This document shows positions 41,978 through 53,733 of a stretch of DNA of 64,000 bases, piece by piece (within the stretch, counting starts at the first letter, position 1; each line of letters begins with the position of its first letter). Location: assembly GCA_963773065.1 (NCBI GenBank), contig CAVYZN010000009.1, positions 96,001 to 160,000 on the forward strand. The letters are read 5' to 3'. The notes beneath the pieces were generated by a model, which did not search any database, was not told the DNA's origin, and saw only the letters and a program-made list of their open reading frames with translations. The position numbers and the translations under genes were made by a program. This DNA is from an uncultured Gammaproteobacteria bacterium (GTDB lineage: Bacteria; Pseudomonadota; Gammaproteobacteria; UBA9214).

Positions 41978-42772
41978 TCAGGATGTCTTCGATTCGGCCT
42001 TGTTCAGCACCGTGCCCACGATATTGATGTTGCTGAGGAGTTCGACGGCGCGTTCGACATCCTGCTTTCGCGTCAGGCCTTCCTCGATCACCAGCAGGGC
42101 GGCGTCCACGTAGGGCGAGAAGGCCAGCGCATCCGCCGAGCTCAGGACCGGCGGCAGGTCGAAGATGATAATCCGGCTGTGATAGCGGGATTTCATGTCC
42201 CTGACCAGCCCGGCCATCTTCGGGGAGTTCAGCATCTCCGCCGAATTGGCCAGCGGCTTGCCGCCCGGCAGCAGCACCAGGTGCTCGACCCGGCTCGGCT
42301 GTATCAGCAGTTCCGCCAGGGGGACATCGCCGGTGAGGTAGTCGCTGAGACCCTTGCGCTGGGAAAGGCCGAAATGTTCCAGCATCCAGGGGTGGCGCAG
42401 GTTGGCATCGACCAGCAGCACCGTGTAGTCGACCTCACGGGCGATGCTGATGGCCAGGTTGATGGCGGTAAGCGTCTTGCCTTCACCGTTTCCCGGACTG
42501 GTCACGGCCAGCACATTCCAGTGGTTCTCCTTGAAGCGCTGCAGGATCTGGGTGCGCAGAATGTTGTAGGACTCGGTGAAGGCGCTCGGCTCCAGACCGG
42601 TCACGATGCGGTTTTCGCGTAACACGTCATCATCCAGGGTGATGGACTGGGTCTCGGCGTACTGGATGTCGCCGCTCCCGGTCCGTTGGCCCATGGCCGG
42701 GCCGGGCGCGGCGCCTTGCCTGATCGCGCGCTCCTGGCGCGCCTTCTCCAGGGCCTGTTTGATGCGTTCCAT
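41978..42772 (-). CDS. CpsD/CapB-type polysaccharide tyrosine autokinase
   Basis: TSPGNGEGKT, LLVDANLR, IIIFDLPP, GTVLNK. Confidence 0.92.
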   Translation of the reverse strand: MERIKQALEKARQERAIRQGAAPGPAMGQRTGSGDIQYAETQSITLDDDVLRENRIVTGLEPSAFTESYNILRTQILQRFKENHWNVLAVTSPGNGEGKTLTAINLAISIAREVDYTVLLVDANLRHPWMLEHFGLSQRKGLSDYLTGDVPLAELLIQPSRVEHLVLLPGGKPLANSAEMLNSPKMAGLVRDMKSRYHSRIIIFDLPPVLSSADALAFSPYVDAALLVIEEGLTRKQDVERAVELLSNINIVGTVLNKAESKTS

Positions 42773-42933
42773 AATCTGTCTTTCCTATGAGCCTGTTTTT
42801 ACAGGTAGATAATCTTTATATCCCAGCCACTGATGGCTGTCACGCGCTGTTCGCAAAACGTATCGAAAATCTTAGATGGACATCCTGGTTTTGTGGGTGG
42901 ATTACCTGCAACGATCGTGTTCCCGATAATATC

Positions 42934-44688
42934 CTAACCACCCACGATCGTACCCATCTTCCGCAACACCCGGAACCACAGAACGTCCAGTGGGGAGTAC
43001 AGGAAGTGGATCAGCAGCAGAACAAGAACGAACCCCCCGACTACCCCGGCTAGCATGAGATGCCGTCGTTTGCTTTTGTGACTGATATCCGCGTCACTGG
43101 CGAGGTAGGGTATGACCGCCAGCGGCGCCGTATTGAGGATGGAAACCACCCCCTTGGCGCCCCTCACGGCGGAGTCCATGTTCTCCGCCGTAGCGGCGGA
43201 TCCGATGCCCGCGCCCAGCGCCAGCACCAGGGACAGGAAGATGATGGCGGGACGGTTCGGGCTGACGGGTTCTTCCGGCAGGATGGCGGGGTCGATCAGG
43301 GTGAACTTCTCGCCCTTGCGCTCCTTTTCCATGGACTGCGCGACCTCCGCCGACATCTGCTTGTCCTTGATCTCCTGGTAGCGTTTGGTGTTATTCTCAA
43401 AATCACGGACGAGTCCCCGGTATTCGCGTTCAACCTGGGGGGTCTGTAGCAGGCGTTGTTCATATTCGGCCAGTTTATCGCTGAGTGTTGCCCGCTTGGT
43501 TTTAAGCGCAGTGATATCGCTGTTGGTGGCTTCCAACTGTGACTGCAGAGTAATATACGCGGGATTGTCCGGGGTTACCGGCGCTGCTTTCGGTGCCGCC
43601 TTGGCACCCGGCTTGCGGAGTATCTTCTTCGAGCGAGGCAATCTGGCGTTTCAGGCTTTTCACGTCCGGATGTTCGTCCGTGTAGGTTTTTTCCGCGATG
43701 ACCAACTCCTTGCGCAGCGCATCCAGCCGTGCAGCGTTTCTCCGACGATGTTTCGGTGATGCCGGTTTCCTTCTCCAGCGCCTCGATTTCCCGCTTTTGG
43801 CTGATGCACATCCGGATGGTTGGGCGAATAGCGGCTGGCATTACTGATATATTCCGTGCGCAATTCCGCCAGTCTGGCGCCCGGACTCTGGACGGTGCCG
43901 GAACCGTAGGGGTCGAGGATGGCCAGTTGTCCTTCCAGGTAGGTTTTCCGCTCCTCCAGTGAGCGCATCTGGGTATCATTATCGCTGATCTCGTTTTCCG
44001 TACGCTGGAGGACCTGCGTGTTCAAGTCCCTCAGTTCAGGCAACTTGTTGGCATTCTTTTCCTTGAATTCCGCCAGGGCGGTTTCCAGGCGGGAGATTTC
44101 CGCGCTCAGACGCTTGGCCTCTTCCGTCAGGAAGGTGGTGGTTTCCTCCGCCTTCTCGGTGCGCGTCCTCAGGTTCTCATTCAGATAGAGTGTCGTCAGT
44201 TCATTGGCGACTTTCTGCACCAGTTGGGGGTCTTTACCTTTAAAGCCGACCGTGAAGGCGATGGTGGCCGCCGTCGGGTGGCCGGTGCGCGGGTCCATCA
44301 CGTCTGCGTTGATCATGTCGAGCTTGATGTCATCGCGCATGTCGGCAAGGACTTCTTCCGTCGTTTCACGTTTGCGCTTGCTCTGGTACAAACCGTATTT
44401 ATCCATGATTTCCAGAAGATTACTGCGGGTCATGACGCGCTGGCTGATGACCTGGATACGTTCCGAGGCATAGCTGGTGACGGTGGACTGGATCAGTTCA
44501 GACGGAATTTCCTGTTCCTCGATCAGGATGGTGGCCGATGATGCATAGGTGGGCGGCCAGACAAAGGCGGTGATGAGTCCCAGGATGAAAACGATCCCGG
44601 CGATCAATATGATCATGCCCCGCCGGCGGCGAAAGGCGTCGAGGTAATCCCCGAGATCCAGTGTCTGTTCGAGTGCAAGTTCAGCCAT
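42934..44688 (-). CDS. GumC/Wzz-type polysaccharide co-polymerase, frameshifted
   Basis: PPTYASSATILIEEQEIP, YSPNHPDV, YTDEHPDV, GEKFTLIDPAILPEEPVSPNR plus TM helices. Confidence 0.9.
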
Positions 44689-44761
44689 GGGTGTCTTGTC
44701 CAGCATCAGGTGTAATGGCAGGTATTTCGGGATGATCCGGAAATACCTTGGAAATAAGAGG

Positions 44762-46040
44762 TTAACGGGAGGTGAATATCTTAGTAGGTCGGTAGGTGAG
44801 CGTCAAATAGACCGCATTTTGCGTAGCGGCATCGCCGTTGGTGTTTTTACTCTCGGAATACTGAGTACTCACCGTCCAGTGTCCACTGTGGTTGCCATTG
44901 CCAGGCGATACTGGGCTGGATTCTGAAAAAATTATTGGGTTTTGTCTGCAAGTTGCCCCCCGATGAATTGACGATGGTATCCTGCTTATAGTAATCGACC
45001 GACAGGCGGGAGGTCAGGGTTTCCGTGAAATGGTGCTCCCCGGTCAGGGATAGATGCGTGGTATCGAGGAGCCCTCCGGTGCCGCTCGGTGTGGCAAGAC
45101 GTGACGCGGAAGCGCTCAGACTGCCTCGTTCCAGTGACTTGGTAATACTTGCCGAGTACACCGCGCCGGTGTTATTGACTTGTTCCGTGTCCGTTCCCGT
45201 CTGAACGGGAAAGCCGCCATTACATTTCGGGAAACTGGCGCCGGGGTCCGCCCCCACACAGAATCCCGTCGGTATCAGGGTATCCGAGGTGGTCTGGCGC
45301 CAGCCCGCCAGCCACGAGGTGGACACTGTCTCGCTATGTTGCCTGGTTAGGCCGACCTGAATCGCATAGGTATCGGAGTTGAGGTTTGTTTCCGGTAGAT
45401 AGTGGCTGAATGATGTCGATACGGTCCCTTGAGTGAGCGGCGTGAACTGACGAATCAATGACGCAGAGGCGGTATTGAAGTCATAGTTGACCAGGCTGGA
45501 CTGTCCGACTATATCTGAATAGTCGACCCGGTTGAATGCGTAGTCCAGATCCAGTTGGGTCTTTTCATTGAGGCTTCTTGTCCAACTGGGATTCAGGACG
45601 GTGCTCAAGCGGGTGGCAATATTTTCGATCACCTGGCCAGTCTGGGTCAGTTCCGAGTCGAGCGTGCTGTCCTGGGTGATATCCACATTGGCCCCAAAAT
45701 TATTGCGCTCGGTCTGTTGATAGGAGTTGACATTCAGGTGATAGTCCTCCCGGTCCAGCAGGTTGCTGCTGGTATCGCCGCTGCCGCCATAGAAGCGCAC
45801 GATCGAGACGTCCGCGTTTCCGAACAAGCCCCTGGTTTTCGTTTCTACGCCAAATTTGACGGCGGGCGTAAGGTCCGCTTCCCACACCGAATCATGAGGC
45901 GCCGTGGTCAGCCGGTAGTTGTCGTTGTAGCCAGAGCGCAGGGAAACCGTCGGCTCCGCCGACCATTCCGCCGCCCACACGGATTGCGACAAGGCCAACA
46001 GCAAGGTCAGTGGCAGGCTTGGAACATAAACGATGCGCAT
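44762..46040 (-). CDS. Outer-membrane beta-barrel of the EPS export cluster; frameshift near 44860
   Basis: Signal peptide, YNDNYRLT, alternating beta-strands, C-terminal NAVYLTLTY in the shifted frame; lies between wza and the co-polymerase. Confidence 0.75.
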
Positions 46041-46144
46041 CAGCTAGATCGATTTCTTGGCCAGAAAACGTTTCTATGCAATGGGCGAATCTTGTGTCTT
46101 TGTTCATCCCTGAAAATATCTGTTTTCCGTGTATTTCCGTGTGC

Positions 46145-46262
46145 TTCGAAGTTCAGGGACGAACAAGTGTCGCGGGAGGCAGGAAGCCGGAAGCGACCCG
46201 TGGCCATTAAATTATCTTTTCTCGCATATCACTTCTCACTTCATTACCTCTTACTCTTTCCT
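46145..46262. repeat. Second, inverted member of the 36550-36790 intergenic element family
   Basis: GGAAGCCGGAAGCGACCCGTGGCCATT is the near reverse complement of 36594-36620; followed by CTTCTCA-type periodicity. Confidence 0.7.
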
Positions 46263-46264
46263 TC

Positions 46265-46839
46265 TCACGGCACCACCACCACATCCCCGCTCTGCAGGAT
46301 GATGTTCTGCTCCAGGTCCTCTCCTTTCTCGATATCGCCATAGCGGAACGGGATTGATACCTCTTTCCCATTTTCCCGGCGCAGCACGATAATCTTGTTG
46401 TCGGCGGCATACGGTGTCATGCCACCCGCCACACTCAGCGCCTGCACGACGTCCATATACCGGTTAGCCAGAAATTCTCCAGGTTTAGTAACCTTTCCGA
46501 TCACGTAGATCTTATTGCCATCCAGCTTCAGCATGGCCACCGTCACAACCGGATCCGGAATATATTTCGTGAGCCGTTCGGTAATCATCTCCTGCAGACT
46601 CCGCAACCGATTTGCCCGCGGCCTGAATGTCGCCCGCCAGGGGAAACGACATGCCGCCATCGGGTCTGACCATGACCTGCTTCAGAAGGTCTTCTTCTTT
46701 CCAGACGGAGACTTCAAGAATGTCTCCGGGTTGTATTTTGTAGGTTGTTATCACCAGCAGCGCCATCATCGGCCAGGGCGAGCTGAAGTGACTGGAATGC
46801 CAGAATCGCAATCAGTAATACCGTCGGTGATTTAGCCAT
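46265..46839 (-). CDS. Polysaccharide export protein (Wza/Poly_export plus SLBB), frameshifted
   Basis: YKIQPGDILEVSVWKEEDL, VRPDGGMSFPLAG, IYVIGKV, QALSVAGG, LQSGDVVVVP. Confidence 0.9.
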
Positions 46840-47177
46840 CATTGGATCCCAAATTTCCCCAGGGTGGATTGCAGATAACCATAGATCGTTTCAGTCTGGG
46901 TCGATAGTATCGTTTCTTTATCGATCAGTGGAGTGAAACAATTGCTGAATTTTAATGATTCAATCAAATAGTCCCATGCCCGTCAACCTAAATGACGGAT
47001 TTCCTGGGATTGTATCGTTTTCCGTGTGTGGGTGCGTGTACCTCCGGGCCTGTTTCAATGGCTACACCTTTGGTGAACTTCTGTCCGTGCGATTTGAATG
47101 AACTGGCCTGAATTCATCGAGTCCGCGTTTTGCAACCGCTGATGGTCTCTGAGTGGCGGTAATGAACAAGAGTAATT

Positions 47178-49472
47178 TCATGCCTCCACGACGATATGAG
47201 TTGGGGACAACCCGGACTGATACCGTGCATGCATCTTTCTATAGGCCGCTTCGATGTGGCGGGTGAAGCGCGCCGTGTCAAAGAGCGGCTGAGTGGTTCT
47301 GTTGACCGCCAGCTTCTGGCGGAGGGCGGCAAGCTGTTCCGGCCGGGTCGCCAATGCCAGCGCCAGTGATTCATACTCGGCATGGCTATGTGTGATCAAT
47401 TCGGGCAGACCCACGGCAGTGAGCAGACTCGCCGCGACCCGTCCCGCGAAGGTGTCGCCCAGACAGGTCAGCACGGGCAGGCCGGCCCACAGGGCATCGC
47501 TCGCGGTGGTGTGGGCGTTGTAATAAAACGTGTCCAGAAACAAATCCGCCTGGCGCTGGCGGGCCAGATGATCCGCCAAAGCCATGCGTGGGGCAAACAC
47601 CAGTCGTTCCGGCGCGATACCGCGTTTCCCGGCTTCAAGACGCAGGTTCCTGGCGGCGGTCGCGTTTCCTTCCAGCAACCAAAGCACGCTTCCCTCAACC
47701 GTGTGCAGCAGGCGCATCCAGATGGCGAACAGATCCGGGGTGATCTTGTAGCTGTTGTTGAAACAACAGAACACGAAGGCATTCTCGGGCAGACCCAGCT
47801 CGGCGCGGCTGAAGGAGCCTGTCCGAGATCACCTTGGTCGAATCGTTAAACCTGATAGGAGTGCGGCAGATAGACGATCTTTCGTGTAATACGGCTGGTG
47901 TTCCGGCGGGATCAGCATGGGGTCGGCGATGAGATAGTCGATGTAGTCGGCGCCATAGTGCCAGGATATCCCAAGTAATTCACCTGCACGGGTGCGGGGC
48001 GCAAGGCAAAGACCGCTGTGCGGGCATTTGCCGTATGTCCATTAAGGTCAATGGCGATATCGATTTCCAGTTCCGGGCAAGGCGGCGATTTCATGATCGT
48101 TCCGGGTCCTTACATCGATGAAGCGGTCAAAGGAATTTTCCAACGCTGGCGCATAGGTGTCATCCGACTGGGGGTCCGAAAACGAAAATCCGATAATTTC
48201 GAACTTTGAATGATCATGGCGTTCAATGAGTTCGGCCATCAGGTGGCCAGTCGCATGATTACGAAAGTCGGCAGAGAAATAGCCAATTCGAATCGCGGTC
48301 ATGTGTGCATAGCGTTCGTCCGTGCCACAGGGGTGTGGAACTGGCTGGAAATTTGTCGGTGAGGTAAGTCTGGGCGCAGTGATGTTGCTGGGCGGGACGG
48401 GAGGGGATTGCCAGAAAAAAAATGGAGATCGAGGCTTTTTCTCCAAGATCAACCGCATGGATAATCCTGGCGTAGGCATCTTCGAGGTCACCCCAATCAC
48501 AACAGTGCATTTTGCTGTGCAGCCAGGAGCCAAGGACGTAAGGCAAATCAGGGCTGATGGCAATCGCCTTGCTATAACTCGTCAAGGCTTCATCGTATCG
48601 ATTCAGGTCCTGGAGAACATTCCCCGGTTATTATACGCATCGGCGAAATCCGGCTTGAGGGCGATGGCGCGGTCATAGCTCGCCAGGGCCTCGTCCGGGC
48701 GTTTGAGGTCCTTGAGCGCATTCCCCCGGTTGCTGTACGCCTCGGCGAAATCCGGCTTGAGGGCGATGGCGCGGTCATAGCTGGCCAGGGCCTCATCCAG
48801 GCGTTTGAGGTCCTTGAGCGCGTTGCCCCGGTTGTAGTGCGCTTCGACGAAATCCGGCTTGAGCGCGATGGCGCGATCACAGTTGACCAGGGCCTCGTCC
48901 AGGCGCTTGAGATCATTAAGCGTATGGCCCCGGTTGTAGTACGCTTCGGCGAAATCCGGCTTGAGGGCGATGGCGCGGTCATAGCTGGCCAGGGCCTCGT
49001 CCAGGCGTTTCAGTTCTTTGAGCGTATTGCCCTGATTGTAGTACGCCTGGACATAATCCGGCTTGAGGGCGATGGCGCGGTCATAGCTGGCCAGTGCTTC
49101 GTCCAGGCGTTTGAGGTCGTTAAGCGTATTGCCCCGGTTGTAATACGCCTGGGCGAAATCGGGTTTGAGTGCGATGGCCCGGTCATAGCTGGCCAGGGCT
49201 TCGTCGGGGCGCTTCAGGTCTTTGAGCGCATTGCCCCGATTCATCTGCGCGTTGGGTTGATTGGGGTTAATTGCCAGCGACCTCCCGATCAACCCGATAC
49301 CTTCCTCGAGATGGCCCTGTTGCAAATGAAGCGTGCCGAGATTGGTAAGGGCGTTGACGTGCCTGCCATCCCTGGCAAGGATTTGTTCATAGAGGGCTTG
49401 TGCCTCGACTAGCCTGCCCGCTTGATGCTGCGCCAGGGCTTGTGTGAACAAAGCGGTCACATTTATGCTCAC
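47178..49472 (-). CDS. TPR + GT41 O-GlcNAc-transferase-like (SPINDLY family) protein, copy 2; several frameshifts
   Basis: 34-aa TPRs; [67 protein letters not shown]. Confidence 0.9.
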
Positions 49473-49500
49473 GATTACATGCCCTTCGCCCCGGTTCTTC

Positions 49501-51778
49501 TCATGCCTCCACGACGATATGAGTTGGGGACAACCCGGACTGATACCGTGCATGCATCATTCTTATAGGCCGCTTCGATGTGGCGGGTGAAGCGCGCCGT
49601 GTCGAAGAGCGGCTGAGTGGTTCTGTTGACCGCCAGTTTCTGGCGGAGGGCGGCAAGTTGCTCCGGCCGGGTCGCCAATGCCAGCGCCAGTGATTCATAC
49701 TCGGCATGGCTATGTGTGATCAATTCGGGCAGACCCACGGCAGTGAGCAGACTCGCCGCGACCCGTCCCGCGAAGGCATCGCCCAGACAGGTCAGCACGG
49801 GCAGGCCGGCCCACAAGGCATCGCTCGCGGTGGTGTGGGCGTTGTAATAAAACGTGTCCAGAAACAAATCCGCCTGGCGCTGGCGGGCCAGATGCTCGGC
49901 CAGATTTTCCATGCGTGAGGCAAACACCAGACGATCCGGCGCGATACCGCGTTTGCCGGCTTCAAGACGCAGGTTCCTGGCGGCGGTCGGGTTTCCTTGC
50001 GACAACCAAAGCACGCTTCCCTCAACCGTGTGCAGCAGGCGCATCCAGATGGTGAACAGATCCGGGGTGATCTTGTAGCTGTTGTTGAAACAACAGAACA
50101 CGAAGGCATTCTCGGGCAGACCCAGCTCGGCGCGGCTGAAGGAGCGGTCCGAGATCACCTTGGTCGAATCGTTCACCTGATAGGAGTGCGGCAGATAGAC
50201 GATCTTCTCGTCGTAATACGGTTGGTGTTCCGCTGGGATCAGCGTGGGGTCGGCGATGAGGTAATCGATGTAGTCAGCGCCGAGCGTGCCTGGATAGCCC
50301 AGGTAATTCACTTGCACCGGTGCAGGACGCGGTGCAAAGACGCCCGTGCGGGCATCCTGGGTGTGTCCATAGAGATCAACCGCAATATCGATCTCCAGTT
50401 CACGCGCCAGGGTGGCGATCTCCTTGTCTGTCTGGGTCCTTACATCGAAGAAGCGGTCAAAACTCTTCTCCAATCGCTGACGCCATGTGTCATTTGCAGG
50501 CGGTCCCAAGGAGAAACCGATAATTTCGAACTGTGTGCGGTCATGGCATTCGATAAGGTGACTTATCAGATGGGCTACGGGGTGATCACGAAAATCAGTG
50601 GAGAAGTACCCAATACGAATGCGGTCATGGATATAGCGTTCACCCTGCCACAGTTGTGTGGAACTGGCGGGATATTTGTCGCGGATGTAAGTCCGTGCGC
50701 AGTGTTGTTGCTGGGCGGGACGGGAGGGTAGCGCTAAAAAAGCAAAGGGGGATGCGACATTTTTGCCAAGATCAACCGCATGGGCAATCCTGGTGTAGAC
50801 GGTGTCAAGATCTTCCCAGTTACAACATTGCATCTTGCTATGCAGCCAGGAGCCAAGAGTGTAAGGCAAATCAGGATTGAGGGCGATGGCGCGGTCATAA
50901 TTGGCCATGGCCTCGTTGAAGCGTTTGAGGTCGTTGAAGGCATTGCCCCGGTTGCTGTAGGCATCGGCATAATCCGGTTTGAGGGCGATGGCGCGGTCAA
51001 AATTGGCTATTGCCTCATCGTAGCGCTTGAGGTCGTTGAGCACATTGCCCCGGTTGCTGTACGCCTCGGCATAATCCGGTTTGAGGGCGATGGCGCGGTC
51101 AAAACTGGCCAGGGCCTCATCCAGGCGTTTGAGGTCGTTGAGGGCATTGCCCCGGTTGCAGTACGCCTGGGCGAAGTTCGGATTGAAGGCGATGGCGCGG
51201 TCAAAATTGGCCAGGGCCTGGTCCATGCGTTTCAGGTCTTTGAGTGCTATGCCCCGGTTGTAGTAGGCCTGGAAGTAATCCGGCTTGAGGGCGATGGCGC
51301 GGTCATAGCTGGCCAGCGCTTCGTCCAGTCGATTGAGTCCTTGGAGCGCATTGCCCCGGTTGTAGTACGCCTCGGCATAATCCGGCTTGAGGGCGATGGC
51401 GCGGTCATAGCTGGTCAGGGCTTCGTCCAGACGCTTCAAGGCTTGGAGCGCATTGCCCCGGTTGTTATGCGCATTGGGTTGATTGGGATTGATTTCCAGC
51501 GACCTCCCGATCAACCGGATACCTTCCTCGAGATGACCCTGTTGCAAATGAAGCGTGCCCAGATTATTGAGGGCGTTGATGTGCCTGCCATCCCTGGCAA
51601 GGATTTGTTCATAGAGGGCTTGTGCCTCGACTAGCCTGCCCGCTTGATGCTGCGCCAGGGCTTGTGTGAACAAATCGGTCGCATTGGTTTTGGCCGGGGA
51701 GAATGATTTAGGGTTTTTCTCGCTGCCGTGTGCCGACGGCTTAGGCGACGGCGGTTTTGATCTACTTCTTTTCTTCAT
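49501..51778 (-). CDS. TPR + GT41 O-GlcNAc-transferase-like protein, copy 1; frameshift near the 3' end
   Basis: TPR array; [52 protein letters not shown]. Confidence 0.93.
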
Positions 51779-51965
51779 TTCTCAGCGTGTCGTCAGTATA
51801 TTTCCCCGGACAGGGACATCGTATCTACCGACGGTTATTCATGAAGGACGACGGCATCCCGTTACCTAACGAACCGCCAATGTCGCTCTTGCCTCTTGGA
51901 GGAACCCAATAGACATATCGCCAGTAACACTGCCTGGTTGTCAAACGGAATCCAGCATTACCCTC

Positions 51966-53192
51966 TCACTGTACATCGACCGTGGCCGATCCGCTCGAAT
52001 TGTTATCGCTTGCATCGGAAGCCGTCACATCCAGTCTGATACGCTGATGAAACTGATTCAGATTGGTTCCGGCATTTGGCGTCAGCACCAATGCATACCC
52101 ATCCACGACATCCAGCGCCTGTGTCGGGGTCAGTACCGCACGGTATTCCGATGCCTCATCGCAGGCATCCTGTACCACGATATGGGTTATCACGCGCTGG
52201 CCTTTCCCGACGACCGTTACCGTCTGACTGCTTGCCGTACTGATGAACCCCGCCTCGATGGTCGGGGGGGTCGTATCCTGTACCGTGACAATTAAAGAAT
52301 CATTCGCCGTCAGGCCATTCTTGGTTTCGAGTATGGCAACTACCGTGTGCGAACCCAATGCAATGAAAGGTAGTATCGTTGTTCCACTGCCGCCCGCTGT
52401 GCCATCGACGAGCCAACTGATCGACGCGACCTGATCCCCGATTGGGACAACCGTGTTGGCGGTCATCTCGACATTCGATCCACCGGGTGACGCACATTCC
52501 TGCACTTCTCCGCCGGTCACTTCGATATTGATCTTCAGGATGGGCGGCGGAATTGCGACCGTACCTTCAAGGTGCAAGCGGTACCCGACGCCTCCGAATC
52601 CTGACGGATCACCCGCTGGTACGTGGGCCTGGTAGTTGAGCACGTAGCTATCCCCGATCTGGCAGGCCGGCGAACTGCAATTCAGAATCGCTACTCCAGT
52701 ATCCGCGGGGATATGTGCCGGATCACCGCCCAAGGGAATATTCGGAATGCCGTTCCAAGTCATACCCCAGGCGGTGAATGCCAGTGTGTAATTGCCGGTT
52801 CCGTCATTATTGATGACAGTGACGCCGTTGCTACTCGCGAGCGTCTGATGCATACCGGTGTTCCCGAAAAACGCCCAAGGTTCGTCGACATCGGGGGATT
52901 CGCTCCCATCCGGTCCGCCGGGATGGCTCCCGGTTGCCGCTTGGGCCTGACCCAGGACGATACCGTTAAAGGATTTTATCGGCGTAGACACGAAGAGATT
53001 TGGTCCTACCTCGAATGCGAAGTAGGAGCCGGACGCCGGTAGTCCAAGCCCCTCCACTGGTTCCGCGGGATCAAACACCAGCGCATCGCCGTTGGATAGC
53101 GCCCAGGCGGATGCAGACAGATGGGAGCCAAGCACCAGGAACAGCAGGTTGAAACAGAATCTTATAACGGGTTTCATGGTTTTATACCTCAT
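51966..53192 (-). CDS. Secreted protein with an unrecognised N-terminal domain plus PKD/Ig-like modules
   Basis: Signal peptide ending ASAWA; domain shared with the 53734-56211 gene; GSHTVV...VTVQDTTPPTI. Confidence 0.75.
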   Translation of the reverse strand: MRYKTMKPVIRFCFNLLFLVLGSHLSASAWALSNGDALVFDPAEPVEGLGLPASGSYFAFEVGPNLFVSTPIKSFNGIVLGQAQAATGSHPGGPDGSESPDVDEPWAFFGNTGMHQTLASSNGVTVINNDGTGNYTLAFTAWGMTWNGIPNIPLGGDPAHIPADTGVAILNCSSPACQIGDSYVLNYQAHVPAGDPSGFGGVGYRLHLEGTVAIPPPILKINIEVTGGEVQECASPGGSNVEMTANTVVPIGDQVASISWLVDGTAGGSGTTILPFIALGSHTVVAILETKNGLTANDSLIVTVQDTTPPTIEAGFISTASSQTVTVVGKGQRVITHIVVQDACDEASEYRAVLTPTQALDVVDGYALVLTPNAGTNLNQFHQRIRLDVTASDASDNNSSGSATVDVQ

Positions 53193-53509
53193 TGTTATCG
53201 CACGCCAGGATAGTTGAAACAGGTCGTGGCTATGTTGTGGCTATGTAGTTATTAAAGATGATCTGGTGGCGGGATGATGCACCCCGATTACGCGCTTGGT
53301 TCCCCCGACTCCGGATTATTGTGTGATTACGCTTGTAATGAAACAAACATATCCGAACATCGCCAACATAACAACTCCCGATGTTAAGGTGGGGTAGTTT
53401 CAAGTGTCTAAGAAGCCGGGCAAGCGCGCTTCTTCGAACTTGGTGGGGTTGAACTCTACCCGACAGGTTTTCGAAGGATACAGTCTATCCATCTGACCAG
53501 GGGTAGATC

Positions 53510-53666
53510 CGAATGGCACATACTTAAGACATTTTCCGGCCATTCGTCATTCCGGCCGGAGCGAAGCGCAGAGCCGGAATCCAGAAATTCATGAACCTTC
53601 CTGGATTCCCGCTTCCGCGGGAATGACGAAAAATGCGGGACTCTTGCCTTAAGTATGTGCCATTCG
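53510..53666. mobile_element. MITE-like element: 19-bp terminal IRs enclosing a CGTCATTCC...GGAATGACG palindrome pair
   Basis: CGAATGGCACATACTTAAG at 53510-53528 and its reverse complement at 53648-53666. Confidence 0.7.
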
Positions 53667-53677
53667 TGTAGCCCCAT

Positions 53678-53711
53678 AAAAAACGGCGTAGCCATTTCTG
53701 GCTACGCCGTT
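53678..53711 (-). terminator. Rho-independent terminator of the JDVT-CTERM-like gene
   Basis: AACGGCGTAGCCA / TGGCTACGCCGTT stem with an A-tract on the left. Confidence 0.8.
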
Positions 53712-53733
53712 GCCAATCATACAGACAGGTTAT

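Noticed and set aside
47178-51778. Near-identical repeats as a diversity-generating retroelement template/variable pair
   Set aside because: No reverse transcriptase in the window, and the differences are not adenine-specific
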